64,000 nt of DNA from Gemmatimonadales bacterium (GCA_036522815.1 DATDFC010000102.1:22056-86055), one strand, 5' to 3'. Shown: positions 36,466 through 47,113, counted from the stretch's first letter. Program-made: numbers and translations. Notes: generated by a model not told the origin, from the sequence alone.

Positions 36466-37255
36466 CCGCCCACCGCACCGTACTTGCGCAGCCCCCGGGT
36501 CCACGCCAGGCGGTAGGCACCCAGCCACACCGCGAGCCACAGGATCTGCCCCACGAAGCCCTGCACGACCGCGGCGCCGTGCACGGCACCGGTGAGCAGG
36601 TCCACCGGGAATGCCAGCATGTAGGGGAACCATAAGAACCCCGCCACCCGCGCTACGGTGGGCGGGAGCAGGGCGAGCGGCGCGAGCCGGCCGGAGAGAA
36701 ACAGCGAGATCCCGGCGTGCAGCTCCATGATGGCGGTGGCGCGGGTGGTCCAGAACGCGAGCAGCCCCGTGGCGAAGCTGATGAAGAACCGCATCGCCGC
36801 AGCGAGCAGCACCGCTATAGCGGTGAGGGCCCACCGCCCCGTTTCGAACGGCAGCCGCACCGCGGGCCACGCCGCCGCGACGATCAGCCACACCACGAGG
36901 ATCATGCCGGCGGTCCGCGCCTTGTAGGCCATGTTCTCCGCCACCGCCTCGTGCGCCGGGTGAATCGGGCGGGCCAGGCGGAAGTTCAGCTCGCCCTCAC
37001 GGATCCACGAATCCAAGTACCACGAGTCCCAGGCGATGGTGAGCTGGTTGACGAGCATCAGGGCGAAGAAATAGCGCGCGAAGTCGGCGCGGGCATACCC
37101 CTGCACGGGGCCGTCCGCCGCGATCGCCCACCAGATGCCGAGCGCGACGGCCGGCTCGGTCACGCCCCAGAGCAGCCACAGGACGATGGATGCCCGGTAC
37201 TGCAGGTCCTGCAGCCAGGCGGCGCGCAGCAGCGCGCCGTAGCGCCGCGGCCAGC

Positions 37256-37259
<4 letters not shown>
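36462..37259 (-). CDS. ABC-2-type transporter permease
   Basis: ATG at 37259 (MSWPRRYGALLRAAWLQDLQYRASI...), ATGA-coupled to the ATPase gene. Six-TM profile. Confidence 0.8.
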
Positions 37260-38260
<1,001 letters not shown>

Positions 38261-38333
38261 GGGTGGTGGGGGAATTTAGCCGGGTCTCTGGCGCGGCTGC
38301 GCCGCGCACCTACCTTGGGGGCCGGAGGCACCC

Positions 38334-40121
38334 ATGATCGGCGTACCGCGGCGCGGCGTATCCATCTCCGTCAAGCTGCCCCTTCTCATTGGGGGTCTGC
38401 TCGTCGCGGTCACCGCCATCTACTCCGGGGCGGCCTACGAGAGGGTTCGCGGCACCTCACGGGCGGCCGTCACCGAGCGTCTCGGCACGGTCGCCGACCA
38501 GTACGCCCGAGCCCTGAAGACGCAGCGCGACCAACTGGTCGCGGGACTGCAGAGCATGGCCGACCTTGCGGCAGTCCGCGCGTATGCCGCCCACCCGAGC
38601 GTCGCCGGCCGGGCGGGCGCGCAGGCAGCGCTCCAACCGGTCGGCCTGCAGGCGCAGCAGGTCGTCGCCGTGGAGTTGTGGAGTGCGGATCGGCATCGGC
38701 TGCTCGCGATCGGCGATCCCGACCGGTGGGGCGGTGGTGCGGCCGTCGACCTCGTGCGGGACCTCGCCGCCGCCGACTCCGGAGCGGTAGGCCCGTTCCG
38801 CGCGGTCGGCGACACCATCGTCTATCCCGTGGGCGCGAGGATCCGCGCCGGTGAGGCCACGCGCGGCTATATCGTGCAGTGGCGTTTGATCGCGCTGTCG
38901 CCGCAGGCCCGCGAGCAAGTGAGTCGCCTGATCGGCTCGGACGCCCACCTGTTCGTTGGAAACGCCGCCACGGACGTCTGGACCGACCTGAGCCGGCGCG
39001 TCGCCGCGCCGCCCGTGGACGTCGTCCACGCGACGGGCGTGCTGCACTATGAGCGTCCCGGTGCCGGCGTCGTGCTCGCCGCCGCGCGCGCGGCCCCGCG
39101 CACACCCTGGCTGGTGCTCGTGGAGTTCCCAGGCGACGCCATTCTCGCTCCCGCGCGCCTCTTCCTGCGGCAGCTCACCCTCATCGGCTCGATCATTCTG
39201 GCCATCGGCTTGCTCGCCGCGTGGGCGATGAGCCTTACGCTAACGCGGCCGCTGGTGCGGCTGACCCACGCAGCTGAAGCGGTGGCCGGAGGGGATTACA
39301 CGCAGCCCATCGCGGCCCGTCAGGGGCGGGACGAGCTGGGACGCCTCGCCGGCGCGTTCGCCGTCATGGTGGCGCACGTGCGGGAGTCGCGGCAGGGTCT
39401 CGAGGAGCGGGTGCGGGCGCGGACCGCCGAGCTCGAGGACCGCAACGCGGAGCTCGAGGCGTTCGCCTATTCGATCTCACATGATCTGCGCGCGCCGCTG
39501 CGCGCGATGCAGGGGTTCAGCCTGGCGCTGCTCGAGGATTACGGCGACCGGCTGGACGAGGCCGGCCGCCGCTACGCCGAGCGTGTCATCACGGCCGCGC
39601 GGACGATGGACCGGCTGATCGACGACCTGCTGGCGTACAGTCGACTCGCCCGGGCCGAGCTGCGTCTGGTCCCGCTCGATCTCGGGCGGCTGATGCGCTC
39701 GTCGCTCGACCAGCTGGACGGCGAGGTCCAGAGTCGCGCGGCACGAATCACCGTCGCGGAGCCCCTCCCCGCGGTGGTGGGGCACGGGGCTACGCTGGCC
39801 CAGGTGTTCGTGAACTTGATCGCGAACGCGATCAAGTTCGTGCCCGCGGACCGCGCACCGGAGGTGCTCGTCCGGGCCGAGCCGCAGGGCGAGCGCGTGC
39901 GCCTGTGGGTCGAAGACAACGGCATCGGCATCGCGGCGGAGCACCACGAGCGCATCTTTCGGGTGTTCGAGCGGTTGCACCGCGCGGAGGACTATCCGGG
40001 CACCGGCATCGGCCTTGCCATCGTGCGCAAGGGGGTCGAGCGCATGGGTGGACGCGTGGGGCTCGAGTCGGCGCTCGGGAGCGGGAGTAAGTTCTGGATC
40101 GACCTGCCCCGCGCGTCCTGA
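38334..40121 (+). CDS. sensor histidine kinase (periplasmic sensor, HAMP, HisKA, HATPase)
   Basis: Two TM helices flank a ~260-aa domain. HAMP (LTRPLVRLTHAAEAVAGGDY), H-box SHDLRAPL, N/G boxes NAIKF, DNGIGI, GTGIGLAIV. GGAGG lies upstream of the ATG. Confidence 0.85.
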   Translation: MIGVPRRGVSISVKLPLLIGGLLVAVTAIYSGAAYERVRGTSRAAVTERLGTVADQYARALKTQRDQLVAGLQSMADLAAVRAYAAHPSVAGRAGAQAALQPVGLQAQQVVAVELWSADRHRLLAIGDPDRWGGGAAVDLVRDLAAADSGAVGPFRAVGDTIVYPVGARIRAGEATRGYIVQWRLIALSPQAREQVSRLIGSDAHLFVGNAATDVWTDLSRRVAAPPVDVVHATGVLHYERPGAGVVLAAARAAPRTPWLVLVEFPGDAILAPARLFLRQLTLIGSIILAIGLLAAWAMSLTLTRPLVRLTHAAEAVAGGDYTQPIAARQGRDELGRLAGAFAVMVAHVRESRQGLEERVRARTAELEDRNAELEAFAYSISHDLRAPLRAMQGFSLALLEDYGDRLDEAGRRYAERVITAARTMDRLIDDLLAYSRLARAELRLVPLDLGRLMRSSLDQLDGEVQSRAARITVAEPLPAVVGHGATLAQVFVNLIANAIKFVPADRAPEVLVRAEPQGERVRLWVEDNGIGIAAEHHERIFRVFERLHRAEDYPGTGIGLAIVRKGVERMGGRVGLESALGSGSKFWIDLPRAS

Positions 40122-40162
40122 GGCTGGCCGTCGGGGCGTGCCGGAGGCACATTACCAGCTCC

Positions 40163-40480
40163 GTGACGCCCACCCGCCTCTTCGCCGATCGCCGCCATGG
40201 TGTGGACCGACGCTCGTCCGCCCGGCGCCGGGCGGTGGCGAGGGCGCCGCTCGAGCGCCGCCGCGTGGTGGACCGGCGGCGCGGCGCGGAACGGCGCAGT
40301 ACGCTGGAGCGGCGTGGCCGCGCCGTACGTCTTCCCGCGGCCGAATCCCCAGCCGAGCATCTCCGCAACGCCCTCCAGGTGCTCGCGCTCAGGGGCGGCG
40401 TGGGCGACACGGATTTCGGAGCCGCGCTGGCGCGGTTGCGGCGTGCCCTGGAGCTGTTGGAGGCGCATCGCGAGCGGTGA
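40163..40480 (+). CDS. Arg-rich small protein with reiterated (D/E)RR units
   Basis: GTG at 40163. 105 aa: ADRRHGVDRRSSARRR...LERRRVVDRRRGAERRSTLERRGR, then a helical C-terminal half. GC-rich third positions. The stop overlaps the GNAT start (GTGA at 40477-40480). Confidence 0.5.
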   Translation: MTPTRLFADRRHGVDRRSSARRRAVARAPLERRRVVDRRRGAERRSTLERRGRAVRLPAAESPAEHLRNALQVLALRGGVGDTDFGAALARLRRALELLEAHRER

Positions 40481-40959
40481 AGGGGCTCTCGATCCGCCCG
40501 GCGACGGCCGCGGACGCGGGCGTGCTCGCGCGCCATCGCGCCGACATGTTCCGCGACATGGGCCAGCTGAGCGACGACCTGCGCGACACGTTGCTCGAAG
40601 CGGCGCGCGCGTATTTCGCCGCCGCGATCCCGGACGGCCGCTATGTCGCCTGGCTGGCCGAGGCCGGGGGCGAGATCGTGGGTGGGGCGGGGCTGCAGCT
40701 GCGCGAGCTGTTGCCGCGCCCCGCGCCCGGGGGCTCGCGCCTGGTACGCGGACCGCAGGGTCTGGTCATGAACGTATTCACCGAGCACGCGTGGCGGCGC
40801 CGGGGCGTGGCCGCGGCGCTGTTGCGTGAGCTGCTGCGCTGGTGCCGGGCGAGCGGCATCGAGAGCGTGGTGCTGCACGCCTCGGCGGATGGGCGTCCCC
40901 TGTACGAGAAGCTGGGCTTCACGCCGACGAATGAGATGCGGTACGCGGGGGACGGGTGA
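40477..40959 (+). CDS. GNAT-family N-acetyltransferase
   Basis: 160 aa with the acetyl-CoA-binding motif (VFTEHAWRRRGVAAALLRELLRW) and a C-terminal YEKLGF. Uses only the last part of ORF 40015-40959. Confidence 0.8.
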   Translation: MKGLSIRPATAADAGVLARHRADMFRDMGQLSDDLRDTLLEAARAYFAAAIPDGRYVAWLAEAGGEIVGGAGLQLRELLPRPAPGGSRLVRGPQGLVMNVFTEHAWRRRGVAAALLRELLRWCRASGIESVVLHASADGRPLYEKLGFTPTNEMRYAGDG

Positions 40960-43900
40960 CACCCGCGCCCCGGGCGTAGGAGCCATCGGAGGCGAGACTC
41001 CAGGCATCGGCGTCGGCGAGCTCGCGCTCGAGAATGCCGTCCAACCGCTCCCGTGCGGCGGCGTCGTCCACGGGCGTAACGACTTCGATGCGGCGGCGCA
41101 GATTGCGGGGCCGCCAATCGGCCGACCCGATGTAGTACTCCGGGGCTCCGCCGTTCCCGAAGTGATAGATGCGCGCGTGCTCGAGGAAGCGGCCCAGCAC
41201 GCTCACCACCTTGATCCGCTCGGATAGCCCCGGCACGCCGGGGCGCAGCATGCACACTCCCCGCACCACCAGACGCACGTCCACGCCGGCTTGCGACGCG
41301 CGGTACAGCGCGCCGATCACGCTGCAGTCGGCCAGGCCGTTGAGCTTGGCGCGGATGCGCCCGCCGCGGCCGGCGCGCGCGTGCTCCGCCTCGCGCGCGA
41401 TGAGGGCGAGGAACCGGTCGAACATGTTGGTGGGTGCGACGAGCAGCCGCCGGAACGCCGCCCGCGGGGCGCGCGAGGAGCCGGTGAGCTCGTTGAAGAG
41501 CGCGTGCAGGTCGGCCGTGATCGCCTCATCCGTGGTGAACAACCCCAGATCGGTGTACAGCCTGGCGGTGTCGGGGTTGTAGTTGCCGCTCCCGACGTGG
41601 GCATAGCGCCGCGTGCGATCGCCCGTCCGCCGGATGACGAGGGCGATCTTGGCGTGGGTCTTGAGGGTCGCGACGCCGGTGATCACGTGGATGCCCGCCG
41701 CCTCGAGGCTCTGCGCCCAGTCGATGTTCAGCTGCTCGTCGAAGCGCGCTTTCAGCTCGACGAACACGGATACGTCCTTGCCGCGGGCGGCCGCGCGCCG
41801 CAGCGCGTCTCCCAGCGCCGAGGGGCCGCCGGGCCGATACAGCGTGAGCTTGATCGCGGCCACCGCGGGGTCGTCCGCCGCCTCGGCGATGAAGCGCTCG
41901 AAGCTCTGGGCGAAACCGTCGTAGGGATGGTGCACCAGGACGTCGCGCGAGTCGAGCGCGTCGAACACGCCGCGACTGGCCGGAAAGGGATCGCGCGCGG
42001 CGAGCGGAGGGTAATCGAGCTCCGGGCGGGGGTGAGCGCCGGCCAGCTCGGTGACGGCGCCGAGATGCACCGGCCCGTCGGCCGTGTAGACGTCCGACGG
42101 CCCGAGCGCGCTCGCGAGCTCGCTCTCCTCGAAGCGCAGCTCGCGCTGCAGCAGCTCGCGCAGCGCCGGCGGCATCGCACGCTCGACCTCGAGGCGCACC
42201 ACCGGTCCCCAGGGCCGCCGTCGCACTTCCTCGGCGACCGCCTGCACGAAGCTCGCCGCCCCGAGCTCGTCCAGCTGAATGTCACCGCTGCGCGTCACGC
42301 GAAACGCATGCGCCTCCAGGATCTCGCGTCCCGGGAACAGCGTGTCGAGGTGAGCGCGCAGCAGCGTCTCGAGCGCGACCACGCCGCCCTCTCCACCCAG
42401 GGCCAGGAAGCGGGGCAGGGAGGGGGGCAGCTCGACCGTCGCGAAGTGGGGCGGGCCGTCGGGCCCGTCCCGCAGCATGACCGCCAGGCTCACCCGCCGG
42501 TCCGCCAGGTGCGGAAAGGCATGCCCGGGGGCGCGGGTGAGCGCCTTAGGCGTGAGCAGCGGCGCCACGTCGTCCGCGAAGCGGCGCGCCAGGGTGGTGC
42601 GCTGGCTCAGGTCGAGCTCCGCCCAGTCGCGGACACAGATCCCCTGTGCGGCGAGCGGGCCCCGCAACAGCTCGTGAAACGAGCGATACTGCCGCGCGAT
42701 GAGCGGATGCAGCCGGATCGCGATCGCGTCGAGCTGCTCGGCCGGTGTGAGGCCGTCGGGTGAGCGCTCCACCACGCCCGCCGCCACCTGGTGCTGCAGC
42801 GCGCCGACGTCGACCATGAAAAACTGATCCAGGTTCGTGCTGAAGATCGCGAGAAAGCGCAGCCGCGCGAGCAGCGGAACACGGGGATCTTCGGCCAGCT
42901 CGAGCACCCGGACGTTGAACTCGAGCGTGGAGAGCAGCGCATTGACGAACTGATCGGGCGACTGGCGCGCGGCGTCGAGGGCCCGGCGCGGCAGCGCCGG
43001 CACCCGCAACTCGCTCAGTGTGAGCCGGCTGGACTCGTCGGTCGTGCCGCCGGTGGGTGCCGTCGGCTGCACCGGCGCGAGTGGCGCGGCGGACCACTCC
43101 GGCACGAGCTCCGAGCGCGCCGCGACCGCCAGCGCCGAGAGCGTCGTCGGATCCCGCAACACAGGCGAGCCTACGCGCGCGATCACGTCCGCCGGCGTGA
43201 ACCATTGCAGCCCGCCGGGCGGGGCCGCGCTGAGGTCACGGCGCAGGCGCCGCACCAGCCAGACCTCGACCGCGGGTCGCCGGTCCGCCGCCCGCACCAC
43301 ACCGATCAGGCGGGTCTCGCCTTCGACGCTCCCGAACAGGCGGCGCATCGCCCGGCGGCACGTCTCCTCGCCGCCCCCCGGCTCGAGCGGCAGCTCGAGC
43401 GCGGCGCCGCTGCGCCACAGCGCCAGCCGCCCGTGCACCACCGCCAGTATGGCGATCTGCCGCGCGTCCTGGGTGGGGCCGTGCGCCGTCTCGAGCGCGA
43501 GGCGCAGCGTTCGGGCGCGCTCCACCCGGTCGACCGCGGCGCGGGGGAGGCCGTAGCGGCGCTCGATCGAGCGGGCCAGGCGTCCCGCCGGGATCAGGCA
43601 CCAGGGGCGCCGCGTGATCACCAGCTCGCGGAACACCGGCGACGAGTCGGTCCCGCGCACCGTCACCGTGTCGTAGGCGAGGTCGAGCTGCGGCAGCGGC
43701 ACGAACGGGAGGCGGGCGCCGCGCAGCTCACGCTCGACCTCGAGCTCCCACACGAGCACCAGCCGCTCCGGATCGACCAGCGCCCGCAGCCGGCGCGCCG
43801 GCTCGGCGTCGCCGCGGAACGCCTCCCGCGGCTCGAGCTCGACGACCGGGGTAACGTAGCGGGCCGTCCCCACGTCCAGGGCGAGCTCGCGCCGATCGTC

Positions 43901-44092
43901 CACGTCGAAGCGCATGCCGCAGGTGATGCCGCGCCGGCGCAGGTCGCCGGCCGGCGTGTCGAAATACAGGTCGCGGTGAAACGTGCGCCGCGGCGGTGCC
44001 GCCGCGAGGCCGAGCGGTGGAGGCGCGGCGACCAGCTCGGCCAGGCGCGCGGCGCTCGGCACGTCCCAGCGCAGCTCGGTCACGGAGGGCAC
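40919..44092 (-). CDS. ppk: polyphosphate kinase 1 with ~375-aa N-terminal extension (CYTH-like plus Nudix-like regions)
   Basis: The PPK1 core runs from about residue 380 (FVNALLSTLEFNVRVLELAEDPRVPLLARLRFLAIFSTNLDQFFMV, THAKIALVIRR, C-terminal PLD-like repeats). The start is set at GTG 44092 (alternative 44083) because the ATG at 44308 would overlap the upstream gene by 211 nt. Confidence 0.85.
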   Translation of the reverse strand: MPSVTELRWDVPSAARLAELVAAPPPLGLAAAPPRRTFHRDLYFDTPAGDLRRRGITCGMRFDVDDRRELALDVGTARYVTPVVELEPREAFRGDAEPARRLRALVDPERLVLVWELEVERELRGARLPFVPLPQLDLAYDTVTVRGTDSSPVFRELVITRRPWCLIPAGRLARSIERRYGLPRAAVDRVERARTLRLALETAHGPTQDARQIAILAVVHGRLALWRSGAALELPLEPGGGEETCRRAMRRLFGSVEGETRLIGVVRAADRRPAVEVWLVRRLRRDLSAAPPGGLQWFTPADVIARVGSPVLRDPTTLSALAVAARSELVPEWSAAPLAPVQPTAPTGGTTDESSRLTLSELRVPALPRRALDAARQSPDQFVNALLSTLEFNVRVLELAEDPRVPLLARLRFLAIFSTNLDQFFMVDVGALQHQVAAGVVERSPDGLTPAEQLDAIAIRLHPLIARQYRSFHELLRGPLAAQGICVRDWAELDLSQRTTLARRFADDVAPLLTPKALTRAPGHAFPHLADRRVSLAVMLRDGPDGPPHFATVELPPSLPRFLALGGEGGVVALETLLRAHLDTLFPGREILEAHAFRVTRSGDIQLDELGAASFVQAVAEEVRRRPWGPVVRLEVERAMPPALRELLQRELRFEESELASALGPSDVYTADGPVHLGAVTELAGAHPRPELDYPPLAARDPFPASRGVFDALDSRDVLVHHPYDGFAQSFERFIAEAADDPAVAAIKLTLYRPGGPSALGDALRRAAARGKDVSVFVELKARFDEQLNIDWAQSLEAAGIHVITGVATLKTHAKIALVIRRTGDRTRRYAHVGSGNYNPDTARLYTDLGLFTTDEAITADLHALFNELTGSSRAPRAAFRRLLVAPTNMFDRFLALIAREAEHARAGRGGRIRAKLNGLADCSVIGALYRASQAGVDVRLVVRGVCMLRPGVPGLSERIKVVSVLGRFLEHARIYHFGNGGAPEYYIGSADWRPRNLRRRIEVVTPVDDAAARERLDGILERELADADAWSLASDGSYARGAGVTRPPRTASHSSA

Positions 44093-44097
44093 GGCCC

Positions 44098-45174
44098 TCA
44101 GCTCCGCGGGCACGCCAGGATGAACTCGCGACGCGTGCGCCCGGGGTCGTTGATGGTCTTGAAGAACTCGTCGTAGTAATCGAGCGCCTGCGAGATCCGT
44201 TTGGCCTCGAGCCCCTCCGCGGCCATCCCGCGGTACAGCGCGTAGATCGTGTCCTTCTGGGCGTTGAAGCGCGCGAACAGCGTGGCGAGCTCCTGCGACG
44301 AGCGGCACATGCCGCGAAACGCGCGCTGGCGCACGGTGGGGATGTTGAGCCGCGGATCGGGCTGGGCGTACGGCGTCCAGATGACGCCGGACCAGTCGAA
44401 ATCGTACGGTACCGGGTAGACTACGCCGGTCGAGTCCTCAGTGAGCACGATGTTGTGCAGCGCCGACACCGCCCAGTCGGTGTTGCCGATCATGTACTGG
44501 AACACGACGACCACGCCCATCTGCTGGAAGTCGACGTCGGCCTGGGACAGTCCCTTCGAGTCGATGACGTGCGTTGCGTTACGCCGGGCCAGGCGGTCGT
44601 CGTCCTCGACAAAGAACGCCCGCCGCACTTCGGGAGCGTGCTTGCCGTCCGCGTCCACATAGGTGACCCGCGCCAGGCGCACCCGGAAGCTGCGATCGGT
44701 GAGCAGGTTGTAGGCCCGGTAGATGAGGTACTCTTCCAGCAGGTAGTTGGCGTACGTCTGGCCGCCACGACACTGCACCGCGAGTTTGAGGCTCCCCTGG
44801 TGAGCGAAGGCCGTGTGCGCCGTCTGCTCGCGGTTGAAGACGATCTTGAGCGGCGGGTACTGGCAGTGCGCCAGCCGAAAGTGCCCACGGGTGTGCAGCT
44901 GGACGTCGAGCGCAACGGTGTCGCCGGCCGCGGTGACATAGGAGAGCACACCGGGGTGGTCCGGCTTGTCGTTGCCGCGATTCTTGTTGATGGCGGCGAA
45001 GTCGGCCTTGAGGCTGAAGTCGAGCGGCTCGGTCGCTGCGAATAGGCGGTCCGCAGTCCGTGGCGGAGTCGAGTCGACCGGTGTCTGGCTCGCCGACGCA
45101 CCCGTAGCGACGCACACGCCCACCAGGGCGGTGAGCGCAGCACCGCACCTGCGCCTCACCCGGTCGAAGCTCAC
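44098..45174 (-). CDS. exported protein of unknown function
   Basis: 358-aa ORF with a signal peptide (ALTALVGVCVATGASASQ). Its stop lies 5 nt before the ppk start, so it is probably co-transcribed. Confidence 0.7.
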   Translation of the reverse strand: MSFDRVRRRCGAALTALVGVCVATGASASQTPVDSTPPRTADRLFAATEPLDFSLKADFAAINKNRGNDKPDHPGVLSYVTAAGDTVALDVQLHTRGHFRLAHCQYPPLKIVFNREQTAHTAFAHQGSLKLAVQCRGGQTYANYLLEEYLIYRAYNLLTDRSFRVRLARVTYVDADGKHAPEVRRAFFVEDDDRLARRNATHVIDSKGLSQADVDFQQMGVVVVFQYMIGNTDWAVSALHNIVLTEDSTGVVYPVPYDFDWSGVIWTPYAQPDPRLNIPTVRQRAFRGMCRSSQELATLFARFNAQKDTIYALYRGMAAEGLEAKRISQALDYYDEFFKTINDPGRTRREFILACPRS

Positions 45175-45210
45175 CGAGCAAGTTTACCGGCGCCGCGGAA
45201 GGCTCGCCAG

Positions 45211-45243
45211 CCGTTATCCCGGGCTTGCGCCCGGGGTCAGTCC
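45211..45243. repeat. REP-like palindromic element
   Basis: CCGTTATCCCGGGCTTGCGCCCGGGGTCAGTCC, with hairpin CCCGGGC-TTGC-GCCCGGG at 45218-45235. Nearly identical to 55252-55285. Confidence 0.6.
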
Positions 45244-45283
45244 GACTGTTTCGTCATGCGTCTCGGGCCCAGGAGCGGCGGTC

Positions 45284-46423
45284 ATGCGCTGGATCACCGG
45301 TGTGGGGGGCGCGGTGCTGCTTGCCGTGGTCTTGTGGGACGCGTTCGAGACCATCATCCTGCCACGGCGGGTGAGCGCGCGGATCCGCGTCACCAAGATG
45401 TTCTACCGGTACACGTGGGCGCCGTGGCGCGCCACCGCCCGGTTGCTCACGGGCCGGCGGCGCGAGGCGTTTCTGTCGTTCTACGGCCCCCTCTCCCTCA
45501 TCGCGCTGCTGGCCCTGTGGGCGGCGGGCAGCGTGTTCTCGTTCGGGCTGCTGCAATGGGCCGCCGGCTCGGCCATGACGGTGGCGGGCGGCGGCGGCAC
45601 GGGGTTCTGGTCGGACCTGTACATGAGCGGCACGACGTTCTTCACGCTCGGCCTCGGAGACGTCGTGCCCCGGAGCGCCTTCGCCAAGACGCTCACCGTG
45701 GTGGAGGCGGGAACCGGATTCGCCTTCCTCGCAGCCGTGATCGGATACTTTCCGGTGATCTATCAGGCGTTCTCGCGCCGCGAGGTCGCGATCTCGCTGC
45801 TCGACGCGCGCGCCGGCTCACCGCCCAGCGCGGCCGAGCTCTTGTGGCGGCACCGCGCGGATCCGCGCGCCGCGGCGCTGGCCGAGCTGCTCAAAGAATG
45901 GGAGCGCTGGGCCGCCGACGTGCTCGAGAGCCATCTGTCGTATCCACCGCTCGGCTATTTCCGGTCGCAGCACTACAACGAGTCGTGGGTGGCGGCCCTC
46001 ACGACCATCCTGGACGCGAGCGCGCTCGTGATCGTGGGGCTCGAGGGGTGGTGCGTGCGGCAGGCCGAGCTGACGTTCGCCATGGCGCGACATGCGGTGG
46101 TCGATCTGGCGCAGGTGTACAGCACGCCGCCGCGGCGGCCCGAGGAGCGGCTGGAGACGGCGCGGCTGGCACGGTTGCGCGACCGCCTCGCAGGCGGCGG
46201 CCTGGCGCTCAAGGCCCGGTCCGACTTCGAGGAGCGGCTCACCGAGCTGCGCCGCATGTACGAGCCCTACGTCGAGGCGCTCTCCGGCTACCTCGCGCTG
46301 CCCCTGCCACCCTGGGTGCGCGAGCGCGACCGGCCCGACAACTGGCAGACGAGCGCGTGGGACCGCGTGGTGCAGCTGCCCGCCCCGCCGCCCGCGCGGG
46401 AGGACGAGCACTTCTCGGGATGA
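45284..46423 (+). CDS. two-TM pore-loop ion channel (K+-channel-like) with large cytoplasmic C-terminal domain
   Basis: ATG at 45284 (MRWITGVGGAVLL...). Pore signature FFTLGLGD between two TM helices, followed by a ~230-aa soluble domain. Confidence 0.7.
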   Translation: MRWITGVGGAVLLAVVLWDAFETIILPRRVSARIRVTKMFYRYTWAPWRATARLLTGRRREAFLSFYGPLSLIALLALWAAGSVFSFGLLQWAAGSAMTVAGGGGTGFWSDLYMSGTTFFTLGLGDVVPRSAFAKTLTVVEAGTGFAFLAAVIGYFPVIYQAFSRREVAISLLDARAGSPPSAAELLWRHRADPRAAALAELLKEWERWAADVLESHLSYPPLGYFRSQHYNESWVAALTTILDASALVIVGLEGWCVRQAELTFAMARHAVVDLAQVYSTPPRRPEERLETARLARLRDRLAGGGLALKARSDFEERLTELRRMYEPYVEALSGYLALPLPPWVRERDRPDNWQTSAWDRVVQLPAPPPAREDEHFSG

Positions 46424-46424
46424 C

Positions 46425-47111
46425 CTACGGAGGGGTGCTGCCCAGGCGCACGCCGACCTCGTCGAGGTGATCGAGCAGGTCGGCGGGGTCCTGATACACG
46501 CGATACGCGCCGGCCCGCTCGAGCTCTTCTTCTCCGTACCCGCCGGACAAGAGCCCGACCCCCAGCGCCCGCGCGCGCCGCGCCGCCAACAGGTCCCACA
46601 CGCTGTCCCCGACCACGATCGACTCGTCGATCGGCACGCCCAGCCGCTGGGCCCCGGCGAGGAACAGATCGGGATCGGGTTTCGCGTGCTCCACCTGGTC
46701 GCGGGTCACGATGGGGACGCCGGCGGGGATCGCCAGCACGTCGAGGTTGGGCCTGGCGCTCTCCATCCGGCCGCTCGTCCCGATCGCCCAGGGGACGCCC
46801 GCCTTCGTGAGATAGGCGAGCAGCTCGCGGGCGCCCGGGAGGGGACGCACTTGCGATACCTGGCGCGCGTAGGCCTCGGCATGAGCGCGCCGGATCTGCG
46901 CCGCCTGTTCCGGCTTCAGCTCCCGTCCCGTCTCACGGAACAGCGCGTGCACGAACAAGCCGCCGCTCATGCCGATGCGGCGGTGGATGCGCCACACGGA
47001 GAGCTCGATTCCCACACTCTCGAGCGCCTCGCGCCAGGCGAGCACGTGCTGGTACACGCTGTCGACCAGCGTGCCGTCGAGATCGAAAAGGAAGGCGGGA
47101 CCCGAGGGCAT
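46425..47111 (-). CDS. HAD-superfamily phosphatase (beta-phosphoglucomutase/phosphoglycolate phosphatase-like)
   Basis: Motif I FLFDLDGTLVDS and motif IV VVGDSVWD. The ATG at 47111 is chosen. An in-frame ATG at 47183 would add 24 aa encoded entirely by the 9-bp palindromic repeat. Confidence 0.8.
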   Translation of the reverse strand: MPSGPAFLFDLDGTLVDSVYQHVLAWREALESVGIELSVWRIHRRIGMSGGLFVHALFRETGRELKPEQAAQIRRAHAEAYARQVSQVRPLPGARELLAYLTKAGVPWAIGTSGRMESARPNLDVLAIPAGVPIVTRDQVEHAKPDPDLFLAGAQRLGVPIDESIVVGDSVWDLLAARRARALGVGLLSGGYGEEELERAGAYRVYQDPADLLDHLDEVGVRLGSTPP

Positions 47112-47113
47112 CG

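Noticed and set aside
40015-40959. 314-aa ORF as a single GNAT gene
   Set aside because: Only the last 160 aa form a GNAT domain, starting at a GTG that overlaps the stop of the DRR-repeat ORF. The upstream 154 aa are low-complexity and out of frame with the better-supported 40163-40480 ORF.
44093-44308. Upstream extension of ppk to the ATG at 44308
   Set aside because: It would overlap the well-formed upstream gene (stop at 44098) by 211 nt in another frame. The GTG at 44092 lies 5 nt after that stop, with GAGGG upstream.
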